Below, piece after piece: positions 56,152-64,000 of a DNA stretch of 64,000 nucleotides. Under the pieces are notes generated by a model. The model had not been told where the DNA came from, searched no databases, and saw only the letters and a list, made by a program, of their open reading frames with translations. The first letter of the stretch is position 1, and every line of letters starts with the position of its first letter. The position numbers were made by a program, and so were the translations under genes. This DNA comes from Candidatus Poseidoniales archaeon (GTDB lineage Archaea > Thermoplasmatota > Poseidoniia > Poseidoniales > Thalassarchaeaceae), in assembly GCA_028283505.1 (NCBI GenBank), contig JAPOFX010000002.1:100855-164854 (forward strand), read 5' to 3'.

Positions 56152-56946
56152 CTAGTCTTCAATCCACGATGCCCAAGGCATATCTGTGTTCGCTAGACCC
56201 TCTCCTGGACCTTCAGTTCCAATGGCAATCAGTCCAACGGATGCTTTGGTTGGAATGAGGTTCTCAAGGCACCAGTTCATTGCGTGGTTCAAGGAGGGGC
56301 AACTATCGCTTTCGGCCATTTCCACTACTCTGTAGCTGAGTAAGGCCCTGGTGATATCCTCACCTTCTCCGGTAGCGGCCACTGCCATCCTCTCATTTAC
56401 CCAGAACCCTGACCCTGGCAAGGGCACGTCCCCGACCCTGCCAGGGGGCCTGTGGCTACAACCTCCAGTACTGGTGGCACAAGCCATGAAGCCCGAGGAG
56501 TCTCGGACAATGATCCCCACTGTATCTCCGTCGCCTTCTGTTGGTGGCCTCCCATCAACATGCCTCCTAAGATGCCCTTTATCATCTGCCCATGATCTAG
56601 CGCCATCCCCCGTTAGTCCATTGATATTATGATCCAGAAGGTCTGCCGCGACCCTGATCGGATTGGGAGTTTCCTTCATTGCGATAACGAACCCTAGTCT
56701 ACCGTCACTTGTCTGAATTGACGCGTCCAATAGGACGGACCCATCAATTCTGAAGACTCCTCCAGTTCCGGCATTAAAGACTGGATCATCCTCCAGAATG
56801 ACGCAGGCCTCCACCGCGGCCTCCACTGCTGAAGCTCCTGAGAGGAGGAGTTTGGATGCGACGTCCACGGCAACCTGCAAGTTCGTTTGCCTCGCTGGAC
56901 CTGATCCTGCTCCCCCATGGGCCACCACTGCCATCTTCGCCGTCAT
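56152..56946 (-). CDS. isoaspartyl peptidase / L-asparaginase (Ntn hydrolase, plant-type)
   Basis: VAHGGAGSG, autoprocessing site GDTVGIIV, ATSTGG. Confidence 0.87.
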   Translation of the reverse strand: MTAKMAVVAHGGAGSGPARQTNLQVAVDVASKLLLSGASAVEAAVEACVILEDDPVFNAGTGGVFRIDGSVLLDASIQTSDGRLGFVIAMKETPNPIRVAADLLDHNINGLTGDGARSWADDKGHLRRHVDGRPPTEGDGDTVGIIVRDSSGFMACATSTGGCSHRPPGRVGDVPLPGSGFWVNERMAVAATGEGEDITRALLSYRVVEMAESDSCPSLNHAMNWCLENLIPTKASVGLIAIGTEGPGEGLANTDMPWASWIED

Positions 56947-56990
56947 TTTCCCCGCGATGCGTGCAAGTTCAGGGACTTAAGTTAGATTGT

Positions 56991-59054
56991 TCAGGTTGTT
57001 GATTTGTGTTCCTGAGACATCAAATCGATGGTATCTATGACGTTCGCGAGCCTCTCGACTAGACTCAACTTGTCTTCGGTCCCAACGAGAGCATATTGCA
57101 ACACCTCGTCAAGTGAGTCGACGGGTTTTATCTGGACCATTGATTCGTACTTCTCATCGATTAGAACATCCTGAAGGTTGGAGCGGGGAATTATTACCGT
57201 CTCGATACCCGCCTGGGCTGCGGCTTCGATTTTTGCAGTGACCCCCCCGATAGGGAGGACCTCCCCCCTTACCGACAATGAGCCTGTCATGGCGAGGTTC
57301 TGCTCGATTGGGATCCCCTCGAATGCACTGATTATAGCGGTAGCCATTGTGATGGATGCGCTGTCACCATCAACGTTGTGGGTTCCTGGGAATTGGACAT
57401 GAAGATCGTAGTCTTTGATATCCTTGCCAGTTAGTTTCTTGACTACCGCACTGATATTAGTAACACTCTCCTTGGCTAGGTCGGACAGTCCGCCCGTAGC
57501 GATCACCTGGCCGGATCTCCCTTGGGAGGGTGTGACCATGGCCTCTACGGGTAGTACTACTCCCGAGAAGTCAGACAGCCCGCTATCTGCACCAAGGACA
57601 GCTAATCCGTTTACCCTTCCGACTCTTTCGCCCCTGTTTACCAGCATTGCATACTCTGACTGTCTTTCCAGATATCTGTCTGCTATTTGTTGCTCCAAGG
57701 GCTTGGCAATTGCTCGTGCTCTGGAAATGTGTTCAGCCCGTACCAGCTCAGCCCCCTCCTCCGATGCCAAATCGCCAGCTATTCTAACTAATCCACCGAG
57801 TTCCCTGAGCCTTAGGGAGAGCCTCCCCCTCCTTCCGCTCCTTCTCTGTGCTTCCTTGAGGATCAAACCAATTGACTCACGATTGAAGTGGGGAATAGCT
57901 CTTCCGGACTGCTTACCTTGTTCATTTTTTACCTCCTGGGCGATGAATCTGACAAGTCTTCTCCTGTTCCTCTCTGTATCCCTCATATCGGTGTTGACAT
58001 AAACCTCGTAGCCATAACCTCTGATTCTGCTTCTTAGGGCAGGGTGCATCTGTTGGATGCTGTCAAGGTTGCCGGCGGCTACCAGGATGAAGTTAGTCGG
58101 CACTGGCTCGGACTTGGTTAGAGCCCCGGAGGACCTTTCAGAGCGACCGCTGATTGAAAGTTCTCCTTCTTGCATTGCTACTAGTAGTGCTTGTTGTTCT
58201 TCCATCCTGAGCATCCTAATCTCGTCGATGTAAAGCACTCCCTTGTTGGCCCTGTGTACAGCACCTGGTTCGACTCTTTCGTGAGCAGGCGTGGCTAGAT
58301 CGGCTCCCGACTGGAAAGGGTCGTGTCTGACATCCCCCAAGAGGGCCCCCGCTAGTGTACCGGTTGCATCAATGAATGGCGGATCATCGTTTCTACCTCT
58401 CTTTATGAGTAGTTTTGGAATGTTGGACTCATCCCCTGCGGTAAGTCTGGTTCTGAGAAAAAAATATCCAAAAATCAGTAGAAATGAGCCAAAAATAAGC
58501 GTCATTATATCGCCAGTCTGCAATACTGCCAGTAGAAGGGCGGCTCCAATTACCATGACAACAAACAATAGGGTCCTGTTTGTCCTCTCTCTTTGGATTC
58601 TTATTTGCGCTTTCCTCTCGGAAATTATCGCAGACCCTCTTCCAGCTGGAACTGTCCTGACTCTTGGCTCGTTCTCGTCCTCGACATTTCTGTAGACCAG
58701 TACATCTTCCAGACTGTCCTTTGGCAGAAACTCCGTCATTGACCTCGCCAGCATAGATTTCCCAGTACCGGGCTCTCCAACCATTATCATATGTCTTCTC
58801 TGCTCAGCTGCCTTCCTCACCACGATGGATGCTGCCTCTTGGCCTATTACCTGATCAACAAGGTTCTCTGGGATGGGGACTTCGCTCGTCGAGGTTATTT
58901 TTAGGTCGGAAACCCACTCCTCGACCGGGACTTCGCATATTGGATCCTTGTCTTCTCCAACCCCAAATGCGGGACCCTCCTCCCAAGAATTGAGGTGTCC
59001 ATCGTTGTCAGACTCTGTGCTCGAGTCGATGGTTTCCTCATCTCCCATGTACAT
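56991..59054 (-). CDS. lonB: archaeal membrane-bound ATP-dependent Lon protease (LonB)
   Basis: Walker A GEPGTGKS, two TM helices inserted in the AAA+ module (LLFVVMVIGAALLLAVL, LIFGSFLLIFGYFFL), protease Ser GDSASITMA. Confidence 0.92.
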   Translation of the reverse strand: MYMGDEETIDSSTESDNDGHLNSWEEGPAFGVGEDKDPICEVPVEEWVSDLKITSTSEVPIPENLVDQVIGQEAASIVVRKAAEQRRHMIMVGEPGTGKSMLARSMTEFLPKDSLEDVLVYRNVEDENEPRVRTVPAGRGSAIISERKAQIRIQRERTNRTLLFVVMVIGAALLLAVLQTGDIMTLIFGSFLLIFGYFFLRTRLTAGDESNIPKLLIKRGRNDDPPFIDATGTLAGALLGDVRHDPFQSGADLATPAHERVEPGAVHRANKGVLYIDEIRMLRMEEQQALLVAMQEGELSISGRSERSSGALTKSEPVPTNFILVAAGNLDSIQQMHPALRSRIRGYGYEVYVNTDMRDTERNRRRLVRFIAQEVKNEQGKQSGRAIPHFNRESIGLILKEAQRRSGRRGRLSLRLRELGGLVRIAGDLASEEGAELVRAEHISRARAIAKPLEQQIADRYLERQSEYAMLVNRGERVGRVNGLAVLGADSGLSDFSGVVLPVEAMVTPSQGRSGQVIATGGLSDLAKESVTNISAVVKKLTGKDIKDYDLHVQFPGTHNVDGDSASITMATAIISAFEGIPIEQNLAMTGSLSVRGEVLPIGGVTAKIEAAAQAGIETVIIPRSNLQDVLIDEKYESMVQIKPVDSLDEVLQYALVGTEDKLSLVERLANVIDTIDLMSQEHKSTT

Positions 59055-59123
59055 TCCTCATGCCAGCGAAAGGTAGGACCTTCTTGAAGGTGCGTTAATG
59101 ACCTGTAGCGGGAAATCCCCCAA

Positions 59124-62100
59124 TCAGTCCCCGAATGCCTCTGATGGATAGTACCTTCTAAGGTATTCCTCCCCGTAGTAGTGCCATTGTTCCATGGACC
59201 ACCCCGGGGGGAGTCCACCTGGCGGTAGGGGTGGTATCATTGGAGGGGGAGGAGGGGGGCTGGATGCCCTGCTGGCAGGCGGGGTTGGGGCTGTGGAAGG
59301 TATTAGTTCATGATTCTTAATTGTCAATGGATTCTGCGGGGATTTAGGGCTTCTAGAGAGTCGATTTCTGGCAATTGTTGTTACAACCAATACCGCGCCG
59401 GTTACTAAGACTAGAATAATGGCGGATTCGCCAAGCATGAATCCCGAAAACGGACTATCATCAGAGTCCCCGGTGGGATTACTATCAGATGAGCCATTCT
59501 CTGACCCCTCCCCTGAAGCTACGGCATCGAATTTTTTCTGATCTGAAGTCCTTCTGTCGAATCCGTTTTCATCCACCCCTTGTATGCTCAACGTAAAGTA
59601 ATCTCCCGCACTCAAACCGTTGCCCGATGCTGGAAGGATAATGAAAGGCCCTAAATTGAAAGAGGACCCGGCACTGTGGCATATCCCAGTTATCTTGTTA
59701 CAGACTGTCCATGTCACTCTGACTTCATTTAATTGGACATCCCCTACATTCGTAATTTCGATAGTTGGAGTGCTTCCTATCTCGGATGAGTCTATCTGAA
59801 TCTCAAAATTCTCATCCCAATCCAATGGGATATCATCTACAATAATAACAGATAGGGATATTGTAGTGGATGCCCCGTGACGGTCCTCAGCCGTGATTTT
59901 GACTGTGTCTGAGCCTGCTTCTGGCCAGTTTGCATCCATCATTCCAGAAATTGGATCGAAGAAGACTGCACCTGGATAGTAACTTGATGCAGTAATCCAA
60001 ATCTCCTCATCCAAATCGTCTATATCTGAGACTCTGCTTATCATGTCTATCTCCAGATTTTCACCTATTTTCATTGTTAACTCATCGATATCTGAGGAGT
60101 CTATTCTGGGTGCATCGTTTACATTCAGTACGTAGAAGGTCACCGTGGTGTCTGAAGACTTAGAACCATCGCTTGCCCTGAGGGAAATCTCGACTACGCC
60201 GTTTGAGTCGTCATCAAGAGAATTTACATTAATTGTTTGCCCGGAAATACCGGCTTCAACCAGGGATTCGTCCGATACAGAGAGGATCTCGACAGAAACT
60301 CCGGAAACTGGGACAACTTGTCCATTGTTGTTCGTGTCAGAAAGGTAGTCGGTAAGCCCTAGGCTTGCTGACCCCCCCTCGTGGAAAGATTGAATTGGGA
60401 TTGGGGACCATCTAGGAGCGCCATTCTCGACTACATTAAACATCATTAATCCAGTATTGGACTCGTCACCATCGTTGACTGTGACTTGCATCCCCTGAGG
60501 AATGGGTGAACCTTGGCTATCCAACAGAAGGTCATCAAACCTTACTTCGATCTCCAAGGACGAAGGATTCCATCCAATGAATTCAGGTTCAGAGCTGTAA
60601 ACATCCAGATTGAACAACGGAGTCTCTGCATCCGATATCAGTCCGACCACAGAAACCATTTCGGAGGTTCCAACCTTGACAGTTGGGACGCCCGCATATG
60701 TCATATCGCCGTTTCCAAGAACTCTGGGGAGTGAGTTCTGCAAGTAGAATGCCTCCCCAACAGTAAGCCAATCACTGGTTTGACCAGCCGCATCTGTCCA
60801 TTGTACTCTGAGATCGTAATTTCCCAACTCAGCATCAAGCGGTGTATCGATTTCGAATGAAAATCTAGCATTATCACCGGCTCCAACGATGGCGATATCT
60901 TTGACCCAATCCCCACTCCACATATTGTTGGATGAGGAAGGAGAATAATGCACCGTCGGAAACATGGTAGTTATATCATCAACTAGGTCGTTTGACAGTG
61001 CCGACACTTCGAAGGAGATGGAGGCCCCCCTGTCGATTGATGTGGAGCCACTGGACGAGGGTTGACTCGCTGAAGGGGGCATATCATGCAAAGCGGCAAC
61101 ATCAGAGATATCGTTAGAGGGGGCCCTGTCTCCGGAGTTCCCGGATATTTTTGCCCTGATATTCGTTGAGCCCATGGAAAATATGTCGAAGCCAGTCGTG
61201 TCCAGGACGGCATTGAATGTTTGTGAACCCCCAATATCGAAATCGCTTAGTGCAAAAGCGGATATCTCATTCTCTTCTAGGCCGTCCATCCAATTTATCG
61301 AGAGCCGGCCACCGCCGTCATAGGCCTCTACTCCATTATTGGATACACGGCATGAAATGTCCAGAATGTCCCCCGGCACAAAACCATCATTGCCATTCCT
61401 GTTTGAGATTGTAATCGTATCCACGCCAATGTCTACTAGCGGTATCATGTCCAAGTCCACCGCTGAAAGGAAGTTGTTGTAAGTCGTGTGCGGGCCGTCC
61501 ATTAGGGCGAAAACAGGCCAGAAATTTTCCAACTGGGTATATCCGCCACCAGCCCGAACTGAACTAAGTGGTACTTGCCATGAGTTTTCAACTGGAACAT
61601 TTGGTGTAAGTGTCAATTGCTCGAAGCCGTTGTTGTGACCGGCCAACATCCATTCCCTGAAACTATGATGTGGCTTTACGCCATTGTCGTATGAGTCAGG
61701 ACTTACCTTCTCCGTGATTGCCGCGTATAGAAATACGGATACTGAGCTCAAGGATCCTGTATAGATCGAGTTTACAGTAACTGTAACTTGGTCTGTAGCA
61801 GAGTCGTATTGCGTCTCCAACTGCATAGCGTAGTTAGAGGTGTCCGAGTCCATGCAACCTCCATTTGAGTAATCTGAGTCGTAATAATTGGTGCCTCCAG
61901 CTCCTACCTTGTAACAAGTGCCAGATTGCCTATCTGCAAAGGAAAACACCGGAATTCCTGATGCGGCTGCCGAGACGTGATTTCTACGATTTATCGGACT
62001 GTCATCGGGATAGCCACCGGAAGACGATTGAAAGAATGAGACAAATGTGAAATCCTCAGGGTTAGAGTTCTTGAGGTTGTCCAGTGAGGGGGATGCACTA

Positions 62101-62315
62101 CTCATGCAAGGCCCACACCAGTGTGCTCCGACATATTCGCCGAAGACTGGGTGTCCTGGGCTGGTTGCAAGCATTTTGGCTTCAATATCATCCAATTCCT
62201 CCATATGAATTGGACGATCATCACCCGAAATAGCCACCATTAATGACGAGAGTAGGAATAATGTCACCATTGTCGTTGAAGAAACCAAGCCACATCGAGT
62301 GGGGCCTTCCATCAT
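59124..62315 (-). CDS. 1063-aa surface protein: signal peptide, N-terminal thioredoxin module (WCGPC), cadherin/Ig-like repeats, TM helix, polyproline cytoplasmic tail
   Basis: YVGAHWCGPCMSS at aa 61-73. VLNVNDAPR cadherin-like hallmark. TM AIILVLVTGAVLVVTTIA followed by RNR. Tail SSPPPPPPMIPPLPPGGLPPGW. Confidence 0.8.
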   Translation of the reverse strand: MMEGPTRCGLVSSTTMVTLFLLSSLMVAISGDDRPIHMEELDDIEAKMLATSPGHPVFGEYVGAHWCGPCMSSASPSLDNLKNSNPEDFTFVSFFQSSSGGYPDDSPINRRNHVSAAASGIPVFSFADRQSGTCYKVGAGGTNYYDSDYSNGGCMDSDTSNYAMQLETQYDSATDQVTVTVNSIYTGSLSSVSVFLYAAITEKVSPDSYDNGVKPHHSFREWMLAGHNNGFEQLTLTPNVPVENSWQVPLSSVRAGGGYTQLENFWPVFALMDGPHTTYNNFLSAVDLDMIPLVDIGVDTITISNRNGNDGFVPGDILDISCRVSNNGVEAYDGGGRLSINWMDGLEENEISAFALSDFDIGGSQTFNAVLDTTGFDIFSMGSTNIRAKISGNSGDRAPSNDISDVAALHDMPPSASQPSSSGSTSIDRGASISFEVSALSNDLVDDITTMFPTVHYSPSSSNNMWSGDWVKDIAIVGAGDNARFSFEIDTPLDAELGNYDLRVQWTDAAGQTSDWLTVGEAFYLQNSLPRVLGNGDMTYAGVPTVKVGTSEMVSVVGLISDAETPLFNLDVYSSEPEFIGWNPSSLEIEVRFDDLLLDSQGSPIPQGMQVTVNDGDESNTGLMMFNVVENGAPRWSPIPIQSFHEGGSASLGLTDYLSDTNNNGQVVPVSGVSVEILSVSDESLVEAGISGQTINVNSLDDDSNGVVEISLRASDGSKSSDTTVTFYVLNVNDAPRIDSSDIDELTMKIGENLEIDMISRVSDIDDLDEEIWITASSYYPGAVFFDPISGMMDANWPEAGSDTVKITAEDRHGASTTISLSVIIVDDIPLDWDENFEIQIDSSEIGSTPTIEITNVGDVQLNEVRVTWTVCNKITGICHSAGSSFNLGPFIILPASGNGLSAGDYFTLSIQGVDENGFDRRTSDQKKFDAVASGEGSENGSSDSNPTGDSDDSPFSGFMLGESAIILVLVTGAVLVVTTIARNRLSRSPKSPQNPLTIKNHELIPSTAPTPPASRASSPPPPPPMIPPLPPGGLPPGWSMEQWHYYGEEYLRRYYPSEAFGD

Positions 62316-62416
62316 ATCTACCGGTCAGAAATACGGTATAACCATGTTCCTTGTTAGCATCTAACTTTGCTGTCGTGGGAGGGTTAATTGATATCTGAAG
62401 TAGTGCCCCGTAAAAT

Positions 62417-63229
62417 GTGGATGGCGGGAGTAGGGGTGATTGGTTAGCACTTCGTGAAGACGATGGTAGAGCATACCTCCTGAGAAGAGCGCCTGGGGAA
62501 GTCAAGATCAAGGGGCTCGGTAGGTTTGACGCTGAAGAACTGCTGAAGGGTTATTCCGTGGGAGAAAGAATCAGAGTGGGCCAGAAGTCTCTGACAATCG
62601 TCAATCCCTCCCTGCCCGAGGCGAGAAGGAATATGGCTAGGAGGGCTCAAGTTATCGGCGCTAAGGATTCTGGTTTCCTGATCTCATGGATGGGGATTGG
62701 AATCGGTTCAAGGGTTCTAGAAGGGGGACATGGATCAGGGGGATTGGCCATGCATCTTGCAAATGTCATGGGATCCAGGGGGACCCTAATATCAGTAGAG
62801 TCGAGAACTGAACATGCTGAAATTGGCAGAATGAACATGAGTAGGCTGTCGGAGGTATTGCCTGAGTTCCCCCAATGGCATCTTATCGAGGGCGATTTGG
62901 GAAAAATAGGAAGTCTAGTGATGGAAAAATGTGAGGAGTTGGATGCGGCAATAATTGACATTGCCGAGCCCTGGGGAGTTATTCCTGAAATAGAGCCTCT
63001 CCTGAGGGCAGGTGGTAGATTGGCCTGTTATTGTCCAACCACTGCTCAATTGGAAAAGTGCTGGGAAGCGACGGAAAAATGTGGTATGATGGTTGAATGG
63101 GCCGGAGAGATGATTGAGAGAAGGTGGGTAAAGACCAGTAAGGGAGGAGTTAGGCCAGGAAATACACCAATAGGGCATACCGCGTTCCTACTTATTTCCG
63201 CCAAGGTCGCAACGCACGAGGAGGAATGA
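62417..63229 (+). CDS. trmI: tRNA (adenine-N1)-methyltransferase TrmI (GCD14 family)
   Basis: VLEGGHGSGGLAMHL SAM motif, AAIIDIAEPW; GTG start. Confidence 0.83.
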   Translation: MDGGSRGDWLALREDDGRAYLLRRAPGEVKIKGLGRFDAEELLKGYSVGERIRVGQKSLTIVNPSLPEARRNMARRAQVIGAKDSGFLISWMGIGIGSRVLEGGHGSGGLAMHLANVMGSRGTLISVESRTEHAEIGRMNMSRLSEVLPEFPQWHLIEGDLGKIGSLVMEKCEELDAAIIDIAEPWGVIPEIEPLLRAGGRLACYCPTTAQLEKCWEATEKCGMMVEWAGEMIERRWVKTSKGGVRPGNTPIGHTAFLLISAKVATHEEE

Positions 63230-64000
63230 GCACCGTTGATAACACGGACCCTTTCCGTGCTAACATGCGAGACAGCGCAGAATGGCAACCAACCTCCTAC
63301 AGGAGTCACACTATCGGACAAGTCGTGAGCCTGGGCGATTCGCTCATCGGCAGCGAAGTAACTGTCTCGGGATATGCAGAAACCGTCAGAGGTAGAGGTG
63401 CGATTTGCTTCCTGATGCTTCGAGACGGAACTGGACATATACAGGCGTTCCTAAAGAGGGATAACATGGACCAGTCATTTTTTGATTCGATACAATCAGT
63501 ATCCAGGGAGTCCACGGTTCAGCTGACAGGTTTTGTTGCCGAAAAGAGGGCTCCTAAAGTTAAGGAGGGAGAGTCTCCCCCTCCCCCAGAGTATGAGATC
63601 AATGTCACATCGGGATTGATTCTAGCTATCGCATCGACTCCGCTCCCGGTTGGAGTGACTGATGATGTCCAAGTAGGACTCGATGTAAGGTTGGATAATC
63701 GGCATTTGGACCTGAGAAGAGAGCATGTAAATGCGATGTTTCAGTTGCGGTCGAGGGTTCTTCAATATGGCAGGGAACATCTGACCACAGAGGGGTTCCA
63801 AGAGATTAACAGCCCTAAGATTATTGCCGCGGCTGCAGAGGGTGGAACCAATCTCTTTCCAATGAAATACTTCGATACTGATGCATATCTTTCCCAAAGC
63901 CCTCAGTTGTACAAACAACTGGCCGTTCTAGGAGGTCTGGAAAGAGTATTCGAAATCGGGCCAGCATTCAGAGCTGAGAAACATGACACATACAGGCACC
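63226..64000 (+). CDS. aspS: aspartate--tRNA ligase (archaeal/eukaryal type), 5' part; continues past the window end
   Basis: ATG overlaps the trmI stop (ATGA). Frame 1 is open to nt 64000. OB anticodon-binding domain [31 protein letters not shown]; class II motifs LDLRR and [17 protein letters not shown]. Confidence 0.9.
   Translation, partial: MSTVDNTDPFRANMRDSAEWQPTSYRSHTIGQVVSLGDSLIGSEVTVSGYAETVRGRGAICFLMLRDGTGHIQAFLKRDNMDQSFFDSIQSVSRESTVQLTGFVAEKRAPKVKEGESPPPPEYEINVTSGLILAIASTPLPVGVTDDVQVGLDVRLDNRHLDLRREHVNAMFQLRSRVLQYGREHLTTEGFQEINSPKIIAAAAEGGTNLFPMKYFDTDAYLSQSPQLYKQLAVLGGLERVFEIGPAFRAEKHDTYRH

Noticed and set aside
59124-59300. Reading the tail LPPGWSMEQWHYYGEEYLRRYYP of the giant protein as a WW domain
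   Set aside because: It shares only the LPxGW..YY start of the WW consensus and is about 10 residues too short, lacking the second Trp-Pro. I treat it as a Pro/aromatic-rich tail only.

Overview
Gene-dense (roughly 90% coding, many 1-20 nt gene overlaps) chromosomal segment of an archaeon. Archaeal information-processing markers are present: PolD small subunit, aIF2-alpha, Nop10, r-proteins L37e/L40e/L44e/S27e, membrane LonB, Nob1, PAC2, and archaeal-type PheS/TyrRS/AspRS. They sit beside bacterial-looking aerobic heterotroph genes: two acyl-CoA dehydrogenases plus EtfAB, a long-form HMG-CoA synthase, P5C dehydrogenase, SufS/SufE and a class II CCA-type nucleotidyltransferase. There are also large, sequon-rich surface proteins. 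This mix, with many acidic protein tails, suggests a planktonic Thermoplasmatota (Marine Group II/III-like) genome, but that is inference only. Five tRNA genes (Thr-UGU, Glu-UUC, Val-UAC, Ser-CGA, Val-CAC) all encode their 3' CCA. I saw no rRNA, CRISPR array, transposase or integrase. Main points of interest: (1) a 614-aa Cas4/AddB-like Fe-S PD-(D/E)XK nuclease fused to two RPA-like OB folds, co-directional with pdxT and a radical SAM gene. (2) An AT-rich phosphate-acquisition block (phoU-pstB-pstCA-pstS-AbrB/phoU) wedged between GC-rich flanks, ending in a 45-codon PiT transporter remnant and carrying a frameshift-split AbrB-PhoU regulator. (3) A 1063-aa surface protein that starts with a WCGPC thioredoxin module, continues with cadherin-like repeats and ends in a polyproline cytoplasmic tail. 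A Trx-CcdA fusion and two insert-bearing SCO1 lipoproteins elsewhere in the window may belong to the same extracytoplasmic thiol-redox theme. (4) Three features the ORF track does not show as separate entries: L40e, a 66-aa ThiS-like Ubl hidden inside a 114-aa ORF that also spans a tRNA, and the PiT remnant. All product calls come from reading motifs by eye; no searches were run.
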